A DNA stretch of 64,000 bases from Gracilinanus agilis. Taxonomy: Eukaryota. Every line of letters starts with the position of its first letter. Position 1 is the stretch's first letter. The notes below the pieces were generated by a model. The model was not told the DNA's origin. It worked only from the letters and a program-made list of their open reading frames with translations, and ran no database searches. The DNA is taken from positions 276,204,426 to 276,268,425 of the forward strand of contig NC_058135.1 in NCBI RefSeq assembly GCF_016433145.1, written 5' to 3'. Shown here one piece after another: positions 52,815 to 63,050 of the stretch. The position numbers and the translations under genes were made by a program.

Positions 52815-53040
52815 CAGTGTAGGCATGTAGGTAATACCTTGGATAGAGTGCTGGATTTGGAATCAGAAATATTGGAATACAAATCAAACCTCAGAAGGAT
52901 AATAGTTATAGAGCCTGACATTTCACTCAACTACTTTCTGAATCACTTTTCTCATGTGTAAAATAGGAATAATAATGGCACCTATCTCCTAGGTGTGTTG
53001 TGAGAATAAAAAGATTGTATTTGTAAAAACAATTTCAAAA
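52815..53040 (+). mobile_element. MIR-type remnant
   Basis: ggatagagtgctggatttggaatcag...ttctcatgtgtaaaataggaataataat. Confidence 0.6.
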
Positions 53041-53399
53041 CATAAAGGGATACATATGCTTAGTTTGGTGATGATGCCGAAACCAAACCAATTTTTAAAT
53101 GTTTAATATTCTTGGAGATTTTCAACATTCATTCAAAACTATTTAAAAAAAATTAACTGCAAAAAAAGTTTGCATAACATCATGAATATGACTGGAAATG
53201 TTGATTACTTTTAGAAATTTACATTTCTAGTTCAGGTGGATTCTTTTTTTAATGACAAAGATTTCCCTCTGGATTTCTCAGATTTTTGATCTGTGTACAT
53301 ATGGAACAATTTTCTCTGAAACTGACAAAAGGTCAAAAGAGATGAATAACCACAGTTTTATTAAAGAGCATAGTTGAAGGTCTATTCCCAGACCTGGAT

Positions 53400-53576
53400 T
53401 TGGCTCTTTGAAAGGGAAATTTAATTATCTAACATATGCTTAAACTGAAGCCTTAGACTTGAAACGGTCCCTGGGGATTCTATCCCTAAACAGCTTTATG
53501 CCAAATATAAAAACCGAGACATAGCCCAAACATAAGGAGACCAGGAAGACAGGTTCTATTTCAGCAACAGGTATGT
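53400..53576 (+). promoter_or_regulatory. Putative promoter and short non-coding first exon of OR gene 5
   Basis: TAATTA 53422, consensus EBF palindrome TCCCTGGGGA 53468-53477, TATAAAA 53506, strong donor CAG|GTATGT 53571. Aligns with the paralogue-4 module. Confidence 0.55.
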
Positions 53577-53999
53577 GTCCTATATCCCAAGTTTAAATAA
53601 AAGTTGGCATAAATACTTCATTGGCTTTGACTCCAGAAATTATATGAGGTTACCTAATTTATTCAGAAATATTGCAAGCATGGATCAAATAAATTATATA
53701 GGGTTTTCAACAAGTTTTAATACAATTTTAAGTTTAAAATGACAATAAAATTTTGGAAGCATTTTCTGTTTGCCTTACTACAAATTTAGCAAGTAGAATG
53801 TTTTATCCCTACTCTAATTTATATGCTATGTTCTATTTGCTTGCTTTTGCGTAAATGGGGGCCTTGTGGAATTAGATGATTCTTTGCATAAAACTTAAAG
53901 ACTATGTAAGTGTATATGTGATAAAATATTGTGTTATTGTTTCATTAAGTTATTCTAGCTTGATATCACCCAGTAACATTTTAACTAATAAATTACTTT

Positions 54000-54520
54000 T
54001 CTTACATATGAGTTTCAAATTATTTCCCTCCTTCCTTCTTAACCCATACTCAAGAAGGACAGCATTTGACAAAGATATATTTGAAACTATACATATTCTT
54101 TCCTGGGGATGGATAGCATCTTTTTACCTTTGCAGTTGATTTACATATTCATATAACAAAATAGGTTAGTCATTCATATTTATTCCTCAAAAACATTGCT
54201 ATTATCATATATATATCCTCTTGGTTCTGCTCATTTCACACTTCATTATTTCATGTAAGTATTTCTATAGTATTTTTTCTCTAAACTTAATGTACTCATC
54301 ATAGCTTATAATATAATTGTATTCATTATAATCATATAGCACAACTTATTTAACCATAACCCAATTGATAGAAATCCCCTCACATTCCAATTTTTACTAC
54401 CACATGGGAGAAGCTATAAACAATTTAGAAAAATGTGGTTTTTTTTCCTTTTCCCCAATCACCTTGGGAAAAAAAATAAATAATGTTCATGCTGGGTCTA
54501 AGGACATACACAACCACAGT
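54000..54520 (-). mobile_element. Old L1 3'UTR/ORF2 end
   Basis: ttggttctgctcatttcac...cccaattgatagaaatcccctcacattcc. Confidence 0.55.
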
Positions 54521-55389
54521 AATATTCTTAAATTTAATGAACTACAAGTACTTTTATGACCTTCAATATTAATCTTGTGAGCTTGAAAATAAAAGGATAT
54601 ATATTATGATTAATATTATAACATTAAATAAAATATTAACATAATAGGAACTGATATATATTTTAATTCTTAGAACTTATTGTTAATATTTGGATAGAGT
54701 CAAATGTCTTATCTTCCTACAAAGTCACCAGGGAGGAAAATGTTTTAAAATTCAAGAGAAATATCCAAATGAATAATAATAAAGATATTATCTTATTAAG
54801 CATAAGACTGCAAACTTAATTTCTTAATTAATAATTCCATGCATCTATAATCTTAATAATAAAAATGGTTCTTGTTCCAAAATGCAAATGAAGACCTATT
54901 CATGCCTTGTCCATGCTCTGTGACTCCTGGCATTACTCATTTATAAATCCACATATAAACAATTCACATCACTGCCATGGAAATCATTCTATATTTTAAA
55001 ATAATATGGCTATTAATGGAAGACTTGGGAAAAGCTATTCAACTCATTGCATATTTCTAATCATAAAACTATGTTTTCCCACTTAGCATTCTCTAGCCAG
55101 AAGAATTTGTTTTCTAAAAGTACTAGTCCAATATTTTTGGCTTAATGTCTGAATTCTTCTTTCCCTTTACGCATCCCTTCATCCCAGCTCATGTATTTCT
55201 CTTCATGAAACTTTCAGTTTCCCTGATTCAAAAGTATGGGGTCAGTTTCATTTCTTTCCATTTCTATCGGTCAATCCAAAATCATTTATTAGGAACCTAT
55301 CGTGTACCAGTAATTCTGCTATGAAAAGACAAAAAAGAAAAAGAAAAAAAAAAGAAAAAAAAACATTTTCACATTACGTATAGTTAAAG

Positions 55390-56040
55390 CTATGCTCACA
55401 GAATCCCTCACTGCCCTCATTTATACCCACTGATATAACAACTATTCTGGCTCATAATTACTCCCAATCTTACACATAAACTGTTGTAATGGTCTTCTGG
55501 TGTTCCATGCTTCCAGTTTTCCTCCTTACTGCTTGCTAATGTCCTGTCCATTTAACTGTCAAAATAGCCTTCCTAAGAAATAGCCCTGAGAGTGTCATTC
55601 CCTTGACAAGGGTCTTTGCTGGTGTGACTTTCCCTCTTGGACAAAGAAACATGCCTCGCTGGCATTTCATGTCATTTTCATGCTGGATCCCTTCAAACAT
55701 CAGTTCGGATCCCCTTTCTCTGTGAATATCTCTCCAAATCCTACTTAATGCAGCTGAAATTCTTAAATTTTCTTAATTTTTCCCCCTATCTCACCTTTGA
55801 CCCTATCAGGCTCTATATTCTAGTTACCTTAGGCTAATCCTGACTATACCATTCAATCAATACTAGATGAACACTTATCAGCAATAAGGTAAAGATTTTG
55901 ATTATATGTCTCTGAAATCTTTTACAACTTTGAGGTGGGTGATTCTGCGGAATCTTCTTTCCCCACCTCAGGATGAATATCAGTTCCTGAATGGCAGGAG
56001 TTACATATTGTATTATTTTTAATAAATGCAACTCCTGTGC
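55390..56040 (+). mobile_element. L2 3' region remnant
   Basis: actgttgtaatggtcttctggtgttccatgcttccag resembles the L2 ORF2 end (DYCNSLL.GLPAS). Confidence 0.55.
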
Positions 56041-56096
56041 TAAGCAGAGATTTTTCATATAGTAGGAACTAAGCAAAGAATTGACTAATAGTACTT

Positions 56097-56250
56097 GGTA
56101 GCACAGTGGATAGAGTGTCAGACTGGAGTTGACAGGACCTGTGTTCAAATTTGAACTCAGATACTTCCTAGCATTGTGGCCTTGAACAAGTCACTTAACA
56201 CTAATTGCCTAGCCCTTGTCACTCTTCTTAGACTTGATAGTAAGACACAA
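56097..56250 (+). mobile_element. Old tRNA-derived CORE-SINE (SINE1/MIR-like)
   Basis: ggtagcacagtggatagagtg...gttcaaatttgaactcagatacttcctagc...caagtcacttaac. Confidence 0.6.
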
Positions 56251-56289
56251 GGTATGAGATATGCTTGTATACTAGACCTAGTATTATAC

Positions 56290-56493
56290 TAGTGATGGGC
56301 AAACTTGTTAAAGAGGGGGCCAAAGGAAAGGAAATGCTCATCTGTCAGTCTGTTTCTAAGGCAACTCTTTTGAAGTTTCATTGTATTGTATCCTACTCAC
56401 TGTATTCGTCAGATTAGGAATAATGTCACATGGCCAGAAAGAATATTTCAGGGAGCTGCATCTGGCCCGTGGACTGTAGTTTGCCCATCACTG
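56290..56493. mobile_element. hAT MITE, family C, 204 bp, opposite orientation to the 49737 copy
   Basis: Internal sequence is the reverse complement of 49737-49940. TIRs (t)AGTGATGGGCAAACT/AGTTTGCCCATCACTG. Right flank tactagac. Confidence 0.93.
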
Positions 56494-57571
56494 TACTAGA
56501 CTCTTGGGCAGGATGAGAAATTCCTCTCTGACACCAAAGAAGAAAGAGTTAAAACAGAGACTGTTAAGGTGGAAGGGAAGCTAAATATTATTCATACACT
56601 AGCCACCATATTAAGAGTAATGAAATGGCAACAGTGACTTAACTGATTTCATAGTCTAATGGGCAACATACTGTAATAGAAAGAATGTTGGATTCAGAAC
56701 CAGAAAAGATAAGTTTAAATCTTTCAATCAATCAAACGTATCAACTGAAAGAGTTAAACTATGTGCCAAGCACTATGCTAAGTACTGGCTCTTTTAACCT
56801 TATGCAAGACATATCTCTGAGTATCAGTTTGAACATATGTTCAGTGGTTCAGGATAAATTACCTCTAAAATTATTTCCACCTAAAAAACTATGCTCACAT
56901 AATACAGGAAGACATCTGTATGCCTACGAGAAAGTTTGACAGTTGTTGTACATGAGTGACTATCAGCTGGTATTTTTGATGTTTCCCTGAAATATGTGAG
57001 ACTTAACTTGATGGTAATTAAATTTTTAACAAGCCACCAGTTTATCAGGTAGGAAAATCATTGGTTTGCAGTTTAACCAACATCTTCATTTCTACTATAT
57101 TTTAATTTAATATTAATTTAATGCTAATTTTTATTAATTTAAACATTAAATTATCATTCATTAAATTTTTATTTTATTTTTTGTTTTGTTTATTTGTACT
57201 CGGCCTCCTCATGACAAGGCTCTCTATCTTTTTCATTGTGATTGTTTAGACATAGCCAACCAATCACTGAGCCTCTTCTAAAACCTTCCAAGTGTGATAG
57301 AACCTACCAGAGCTTGCTCTCAATAATATCGCATTGTATTGTCATATTAAATCAAATCAAATCATATTATAACATAGTTTATTATAGTCATATATTCCAT
57401 TCCAAAAATAAAAACAATATTCTTGCACAATGAAGCCAGGAAGGAAAATGTTGGTGAGGGAAAAGATGACTGATAAATATCATTTCAATCCATTGCCTTT
57501 TGTAGCCAAAGAAGACATTTTATGGTAGCTTTCAATATGGGAACGCCTCACTTGTGAAAAAGTAAAACAAA

Positions 57572-58316
57572 GGGCGGAATCAAGATGGCGACTTAGAAAC
57601 AACAGAAGCTGAATCCTCTGTGACTTTCCTTCCACACCACCAGCAGAAATTAACCCTTCAAAATAGACAGAAGGGCAAACTCAATAAGACAGAACCACAG
57701 GTCTCTCCTACTCAATTTAACCTGAAAGGTACGTAGATAAAGTTTAATTCTCAGGTATAAGGGACAGAACCAATCCCCCTCCCCCACCTACTGCGCTGAG
57801 ACCTAAGGTAGGACTCGGGTTGACTGTGGATTTCCAGGGCGAAGGCTGCGACTGCGCCAGAGTACCTTGGTACCACCATGGGAAGCTCAGGGCTCTGACC
57901 TGGCAGCTGGCAGAGAGGAACAGGGGGGAGGGATGAGGGTAACTACCTGCAGCTTCCACACCTTCACCTCCACCTTCACCAGCTGGGGAATATTTGGCCT
58001 CAGGGCACAATTAATACAACAGGTCAGCTCATAAGTCTAAGCCAGTTTACCCAGGGAGCAGAGAAGAAGCCATTTAAGGAAGTAAAGCTCAAACTTATGG
58101 ATCCAGCAAATAGAGGAGCAAGAATATAGCCAATAAGGAAGGGGAGAAAAGGAAAAAAAAAGTATGAGTAAACAATAGAAGACAGAAAAAAGAAATTACC
58201 ATCCTCAGCTTCTATTCAGGTAATGAAAAAAGAACAATTGGAACAGAGGATGACCAAGGAAAAGCAAGCAAAACCTCAGAAACCCCAGCCGATTGGACTC
58301 AGCCTCTGGAAGAGCT
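57572..58316 (+). mobile_element. L1 5' fragment (5'UTR and ORF1 start) flanked by a 17-bp direct repeat, no poly(A)
   Basis: Starts gggcggaatcaagatggcgac and is CpG-rich. ORF1-like atgagtaaacaa at ~58165. Flanks tgaaaaagtaaaa(c/t)aaa at 57555-57571 and 58317-58333. Confidence 0.78.
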
Positions 58317-58619
58317 TGAAAAAGTAAAATAAATCCTCAATTCCAGAATTGAGAAGTTTGCAGTAGTAGAATTTGTTAAAGGGGCTCCAGGCAGTGACAC
58401 ATTTAAAATAATTATTAATGTTTGTTTCATTATTTGTTGCAGTAGTTAACAGTAATACTATTAACAACAGTTAATAAAGGTATTAACTATAACTGTGATG
58501 CTTATTCATAACCTAGAAGGATAGTACAGCAGACATACATAATGTCTCCCAAAAGTAATCAGGATCAATTTAAGTTACTAAGGCTTTAAAATGAACTAAA
58601 AGTTTTGGGATATGTGCAT

Positions 58620-58620
<1 letters not shown>

Positions 58621-58667
<47 letters not shown>

Positions 58668-58700
58668 CGCGTGTGTGTGTGTGTGTGTGTGTGTGTACAT
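58621..58700. repeat. Alternating purine-pyrimidine tract (AT)4(GT)15(GC)6(GT)13
   Basis: Read directly from the sequence. Confidence 0.92.
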
Positions 58701-58790
58701 GAATGCATGTGAAACAGAGAAAGGGAGAGAGACAGGGAGAGATTTAAAGCAAAAGCTTACCAAAAAAAATGTTTCTCTAGTATAACCTTT

Positions 58791-59043
58791 GGACAGTAAG
58801 GTGACAGAGTGGATAGAATGCTAGGCCAAAAGTCAGGAAGCATCATCTTCCTGAGTTCAAGTCTAGCCTCAGACACTTACTAGTTGTATCACCCTGGCCA
58901 AGTCACTTAACCCTGTTTGTCTCATTTTCTCATTCACAAAGTGAGCTGCAGAAGGAAATTCAGATAACTACAGTATCTTTGCCAAGAAAACCCTAAATGG
59001 AATCATAAAGAATTGAACACAACTGAAATGACCGAACAACAAC
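58791..59043 (+). mobile_element. MAR1 marsupial CORE-SINE, full length
   Basis: tRNA head, CORE, tail cagtatctttgccaagaaaaccc...gaacacaactgaaatgaccgaacaacaac. Confidence 0.88.
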
Positions 59044-59368
59044 TTAAATTTTAATAGCCTAAAATCCAATAAGATTTTTGGATCCTATACAGTGCTTTGA
59101 AATTTGTCAAACACTTTGCAATAATATCCTCATTTTAAATCCCATTTCTTTCCTTCCTGCCTGCCTGCCTTCCTTCCTTTTTCCCCCTTCCAAGTCTTCT
59201 ATGCCATCCATCTTTTCTGTATTTTGTGAAAGTTCTATGTAATTGTAATTTACTACATAAACAGTAGGAACAATAGTAGTATTCCTTTCCATGTCGATTC
59301 ACTTTAGTCTTCTTTTATGTCTTTTTTTTGTTTTGTCCTGGCAGATACATCTTTTTGAAGTCACACAC

Positions 59369-60307
59369 ATGGCTGAGAGAAATATCACTGAGATCATGGA
59401 ATTTGTTCTCTTGGGCTTTACTGAGAATCCTCACCTCCAGTATGCCCTATTTGTGGTCTTCTTCCTGATTTATCTGATCACTGTGGTGGGAAACCTGTGG
59501 CTCATCCTTTTAATTGGCTCCAGTTCTCAACTTCACTCTCCCAAGTATTTTTTCCTTGGCCACTTGGCCTTCTTAGATTTCTGTTATTCATCTGTGTGCA
59601 TCCCTAAGATGCTTGTAAATCTCTTAGCTGCCAGAAAAGTTATCTCCTATACGGGCTGCATCTTTCAGTTTGCTCTCTTCAACATGTTCCTGACAACCGA
59701 ATTCTTTCTTCTGGCAGCAATGGCCTATGACCGATACATGGCCATTTGCAAACCCCTCCACTACCAAGTTGTCATGACCACCAACTTCTGTTTGCGTCTG
59801 GTGGCTGGTTCCTATGTGTTTGGCTGTGTGACTTCACTTACACATATGGGAAGTTTACTCAGTTTATCTTTCTGTGGCCCCAATGTCATTAATCATTACT
59901 TCTGTGATATTCCAGTGCTCATTCATCTGGCCTGCTCTGATATTCAAAAAAATGAGCTTTTGCTCCTAATCTTCTCTGGGGTAACATCAATAACTACCTT
60001 TCTGGTAGTTGTTAGCTCCTACTTCAGTATCTTGCTCACTATTCTGAGGATCCCTTGCCCCCAAGGTAGGTATAAAACTTTTTCCACATGTGCCTCTCAT
60101 CTAACAGTGGTCACTCTATTCTATGCAACAGTGATATTTACTCATTTGTGTTCCAGCCCTGCCCATCCATCAGGCTGGGCAAAAATTGTGTCTGTGTTTT
60201 ATACTCTTTTGCTGCCAGTTCTTAATCTCCTGATTTATAGCATACGAAACAGGGAGGCAAAGGAAGCACTGAGAAAAATGGTACAGAGGAAAATACTTGT
60301 CCAATGA
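59369..60307 (+). CDS. Divergent family-5 olfactory receptor (312 aa from MAERNIT; ORF intact but several motifs degenerate)
   Basis: [21 protein letters not shown] and [10 protein letters not shown] present; LHSPKY and PVLNLLIYS deviate from consensus. The track ATG at 59291 lies upstream of the polypyrimidine tract and acceptor (ggcag ends 59344), so the start is reassigned to 59369. Confidence 0.88.
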   Translation: MAERNITEIMEFVLLGFTENPHLQYALFVVFFLIYLITVVGNLWLILLIGSSSQLHSPKYFFLGHLAFLDFCYSSVCIPKMLVNLLAARKVISYTGCIFQFALFNMFLTTEFFLLAAMAYDRYMAICKPLHYQVVMTTNFCLRLVAGSYVFGCVTSLTHMGSLLSLSFCGPNVINHYFCDIPVLIHLACSDIQKNELLLLIFSGVTSITTFLVVVSSYFSILLTILRIPCPQGRYKTFSTCASHLTVVTLFYATVIFTHLCSSPAHPSGWAKIVSVFYTLLLPVLNLLIYSIRNREAKEALRKMVQRKILVQ

Positions 60308-60359
60308 CTATAATTATACAAGCAAAGGATGTCATCATATTATTCTGTTGCTAAATCAT

Positions 60360-60760
60360 CTTCAATGACCCCCCCAATTACCTAACAAATAAAGTCAAAA
60401 CTTCCAAACTGGACTCTGAAGATGTTCTACAAGCCAGCTGCAAACTACTGGATTTTATTACTTCCCCTCATTTACTCAATATTTACCATCAAATCAGGCT
60501 ACTTGTCATCCCATGAATGTATACCAAGTCTACTCATATCTTACTTACTGATCTGTATTCCTCAAAAATCTCTCCAACCACTTGATCTGTTTGAAATCCT
60601 TCCTATGGTTTAAGACCAATTTCAAAGATTATTTCTGCTTTTAAATTTTTCTTTTTTCTCAACAAATAATTATTTCTTCATATCATGTATTTTTCTATTT
60701 TACCTTCTTATAATATTTATTATGACTATGAATATATGTTTGTATTAATCCACAGCAATA
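60360..60760 (+). mobile_element. L2 3' remnant directly after the OR gene 5 stop
   Basis: caatgaccccccaattacctaacaaataaagtcaaaacttcc pattern. Confidence 0.5.
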
Positions 60761-61059
60761 AAGGAGATAAAATCAGTGGTCATAATATTAGTATTATATT
60801 CATTTTTATCATTGACTCAAATAAGCAATGTTAAATAGACTTGGTAGTTCCATGGATAGTGTGCTGAGGCTACAATCAGGAAGATCCACATTCACTGTGT
60901 ACTAAAACCTTTACTATTTGGGTGACTTTGAGCAAGTTATATAAGCTTTATTTTCCTCAACTATAAAAAGAATTTAATACTGGGTTTTTTTTGTGAGAAT
61001 GCAATGAGACAATATTTTCTTTAGATTTTTCTATTCCATGGAAGAAGAAGAATGAATAA

Positions 61060-61490
61060 CTAGAGAGTATATAGAGGATAGAAAAGAATATGGTAAAGGA
61101 CTTTCAGATCATGTAATTTGAGGAATAGTTGAATAAACTGGGGATATTTAGCCTTGAGAAGGTAATGTTTGAGGATATGATAATTATCTTCAAATACTAT
61201 AAATGCTGTTATAGAGCAGAGAGATTAGACTTCTTCTATATGGCCAGAAATGGTAGAACAAAGTGTTGCTGGAAAGGACAAGGAAATAAATATATTCTCA
61301 ATGTGAAGGAGGAACTTTTTTACAGTAAGAGCTGTCTGAAAATGTGATGAGTTACCTGGGTAAGTGGTAGGTGCTTCTTCCATGGGAATCTTCAAACAGT
61401 AACAGGAGATCCACTTCATGATTCAGTTATACTGGACATCAGCTGCAAATTTAGGTTGGATAAAGCTACCGCTGAGATACTCTCTAGCTC
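61060..61490 (+). mobile_element. L3/CR1 3' end
   Basis: ORF 61129-61347 (KLGIFSLEK...DMIIIFKY...LNVKEELF) resembles the CR1 ORF2 C-terminus. Confidence 0.75.
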
Positions 61491-61561
61491 ATCAATTTTG
61501 TTATTTTGTGAGCAATGTGTTGCATGTTACAGATGCATACTTGTTCAAAAGTGTATGTGTA

Positions 61562-61742
61562 GGGGGCAGCTGGATAGCTCAGTGGATTGAGAGCCAGGCC
61601 TATAGATGGGAGGTCCTAGGTTCAAATCCATCCTCAGACACTTCCCAGCTATGTGACCCTGGGCAAGTCACTTGACCCGAATTGCCCACCCCTTACCACT
61701 CTTCCACCTATGAGCCAATACACAGAAGTTAAGGGTTTAAAA
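61562..61742 (+). mobile_element. SINE1 short-tail variant, 15-bp TSD
   Basis: TSD aaaagtgtatgtgta at 61547-61561 and 61743-61757. Same tail as the 52232 copy. Confidence 0.93.
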
Positions 61743-62138
61743 AAAAGTGTATGTGTAACCTAACTGAAAATGTAAGTCAAGTGTATAAGAAAGAAATTAA
61801 GAAGAGATATAACAAATGGTTACTATTCTCGGTATTCACTTTTTATGCTTTTCTTCCCCCGTAGGCATTGTTGTAAACTAGATGACAATTTAGAAACCAA
61901 TGGCGAAACAAATATAGCCTCAGAACTTGACCATCTTTATCAAAGTTTGAGAACTCGGTAGCCTAGTGCATAGCGAGCTATACTTGCAGTCAGGAAGACC
62001 TAAGTACACATCCTTATCCAAACACTTTGTTGCTGTGCAAAACCAAACAATAATAATTTAAGCTTTGTTAGGCTTTCTCATATAAAACATGTAGATAAAA
62101 TATAGCTCTACCTAGCAGGTTGTTGTGTAAATCAAATG

Positions 62139-62142
<4 letters not shown>

Positions 62143-62177
<35 letters not shown>
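62143..62177. repeat. (TA)n microsatellite
   Basis: Read directly from the sequence. Confidence 0.92.
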
Positions 62178-62347
62178 TTACAAATACACCCATACATCCA
62201 GACGGAAATATATATTCAGGATACCTATATACAGTGTGAATATCCCAAATGGTTTGGTGTTGTTCTAAGGTAGCAGAATTTAAAGATGTATATAAAAGAC
62301 TTTGGCAATATCATGTATATGTGTGTGGGTATAGTTATGTTCATATA

Positions 62348-62544
62348 NNNNNNNNNNNNNNNNNNNNNNNNNNNNNNNNNNNNNNNNNNNNNNNNNNNNN
62401 NNNNNNNNNNNNNNNNNNNNNNNNNNNNNNNNNNNNNNNNNNNNNNNNNNNNNNNNNNNNNNNNNNNNNNNNNNNNNNNNNNNNNNNNNNNNNNNNNNNN
62501 NNNNNNNNNNNNNNNNNNNNNNNNNNNNNNNNNNNNNNNNNNNN
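62348..62544. other. Assembly gap (197 N) inside a (TA)n repeat
   Basis: Run of N flanked by TA repeats. Confidence 1.
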
Positions 62545-62581
<37 letters not shown>

Positions 62582-62749
62582 CATATGAATATATACAAAA
62601 CACTTTCCATATAGTACTTTATAAACTATAAATATATATATGATAATATGATATTAAGTAATTTTTTAAATACTATATGAAGTACTTTTAAGACTATAAT
62701 AATTTATAAAATACTATATCATTTTTCAAAATTATTATATAATATATAA

Positions 62750-62778
62750 ATAGATATTAGATAGATAGATAGATAGAT

Positions 62779-62813
<35 letters not shown>

Positions 62814-62815
62814 GA
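62750..62815. repeat. (GATA)n microsatellite
   Basis: Read directly from the sequence. Confidence 0.92.
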
Positions 62816-62824
62816 ATTAATGGA

Positions 62825-63050
62825 TAGATCACTGAGCTTGGAATCAAGAAAAATCTTAGTTCAAATCTACCCTCAAGCACTTACTAGTTATGTGAACCTA
62901 AATAAGTCACTTAACCTCTATTTATGTGAATTTTTCTCATCTATAAAATGGGAATAATAACAGCATCTATGTCCCAAGGTTGTTTATAGGACAAAATTAG
63001 ATAAGTTCAAAGCACTAATCAAAATGTCTGACATATAGGAAGCACTATAG
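62825..63050 (+). mobile_element. MIR-type CORE-SINE
   Basis: gagcttggaatcaag...gttcaaatc...aagtcacttaacctc...tctataaaatgggaataataacagc. Confidence 0.65.

Noticed and set aside
59291-59368. 26-aa N-terminal extension (signal-peptide-like) of OR gene 5 in the ORF track
   Set aside because: It spans the intronic polypyrimidine tract and acceptor (AG at 59343-59344). The ATG at 59369 sits 24 nt after the acceptor, as in the other ORs.
61835-61960. Strong-looking acceptor (cttttcttcccccgtag) followed by a short open frame
   Set aside because: No recognisable protein, no downstream donor and no homologue in the window. It could at most be a UTR exon.
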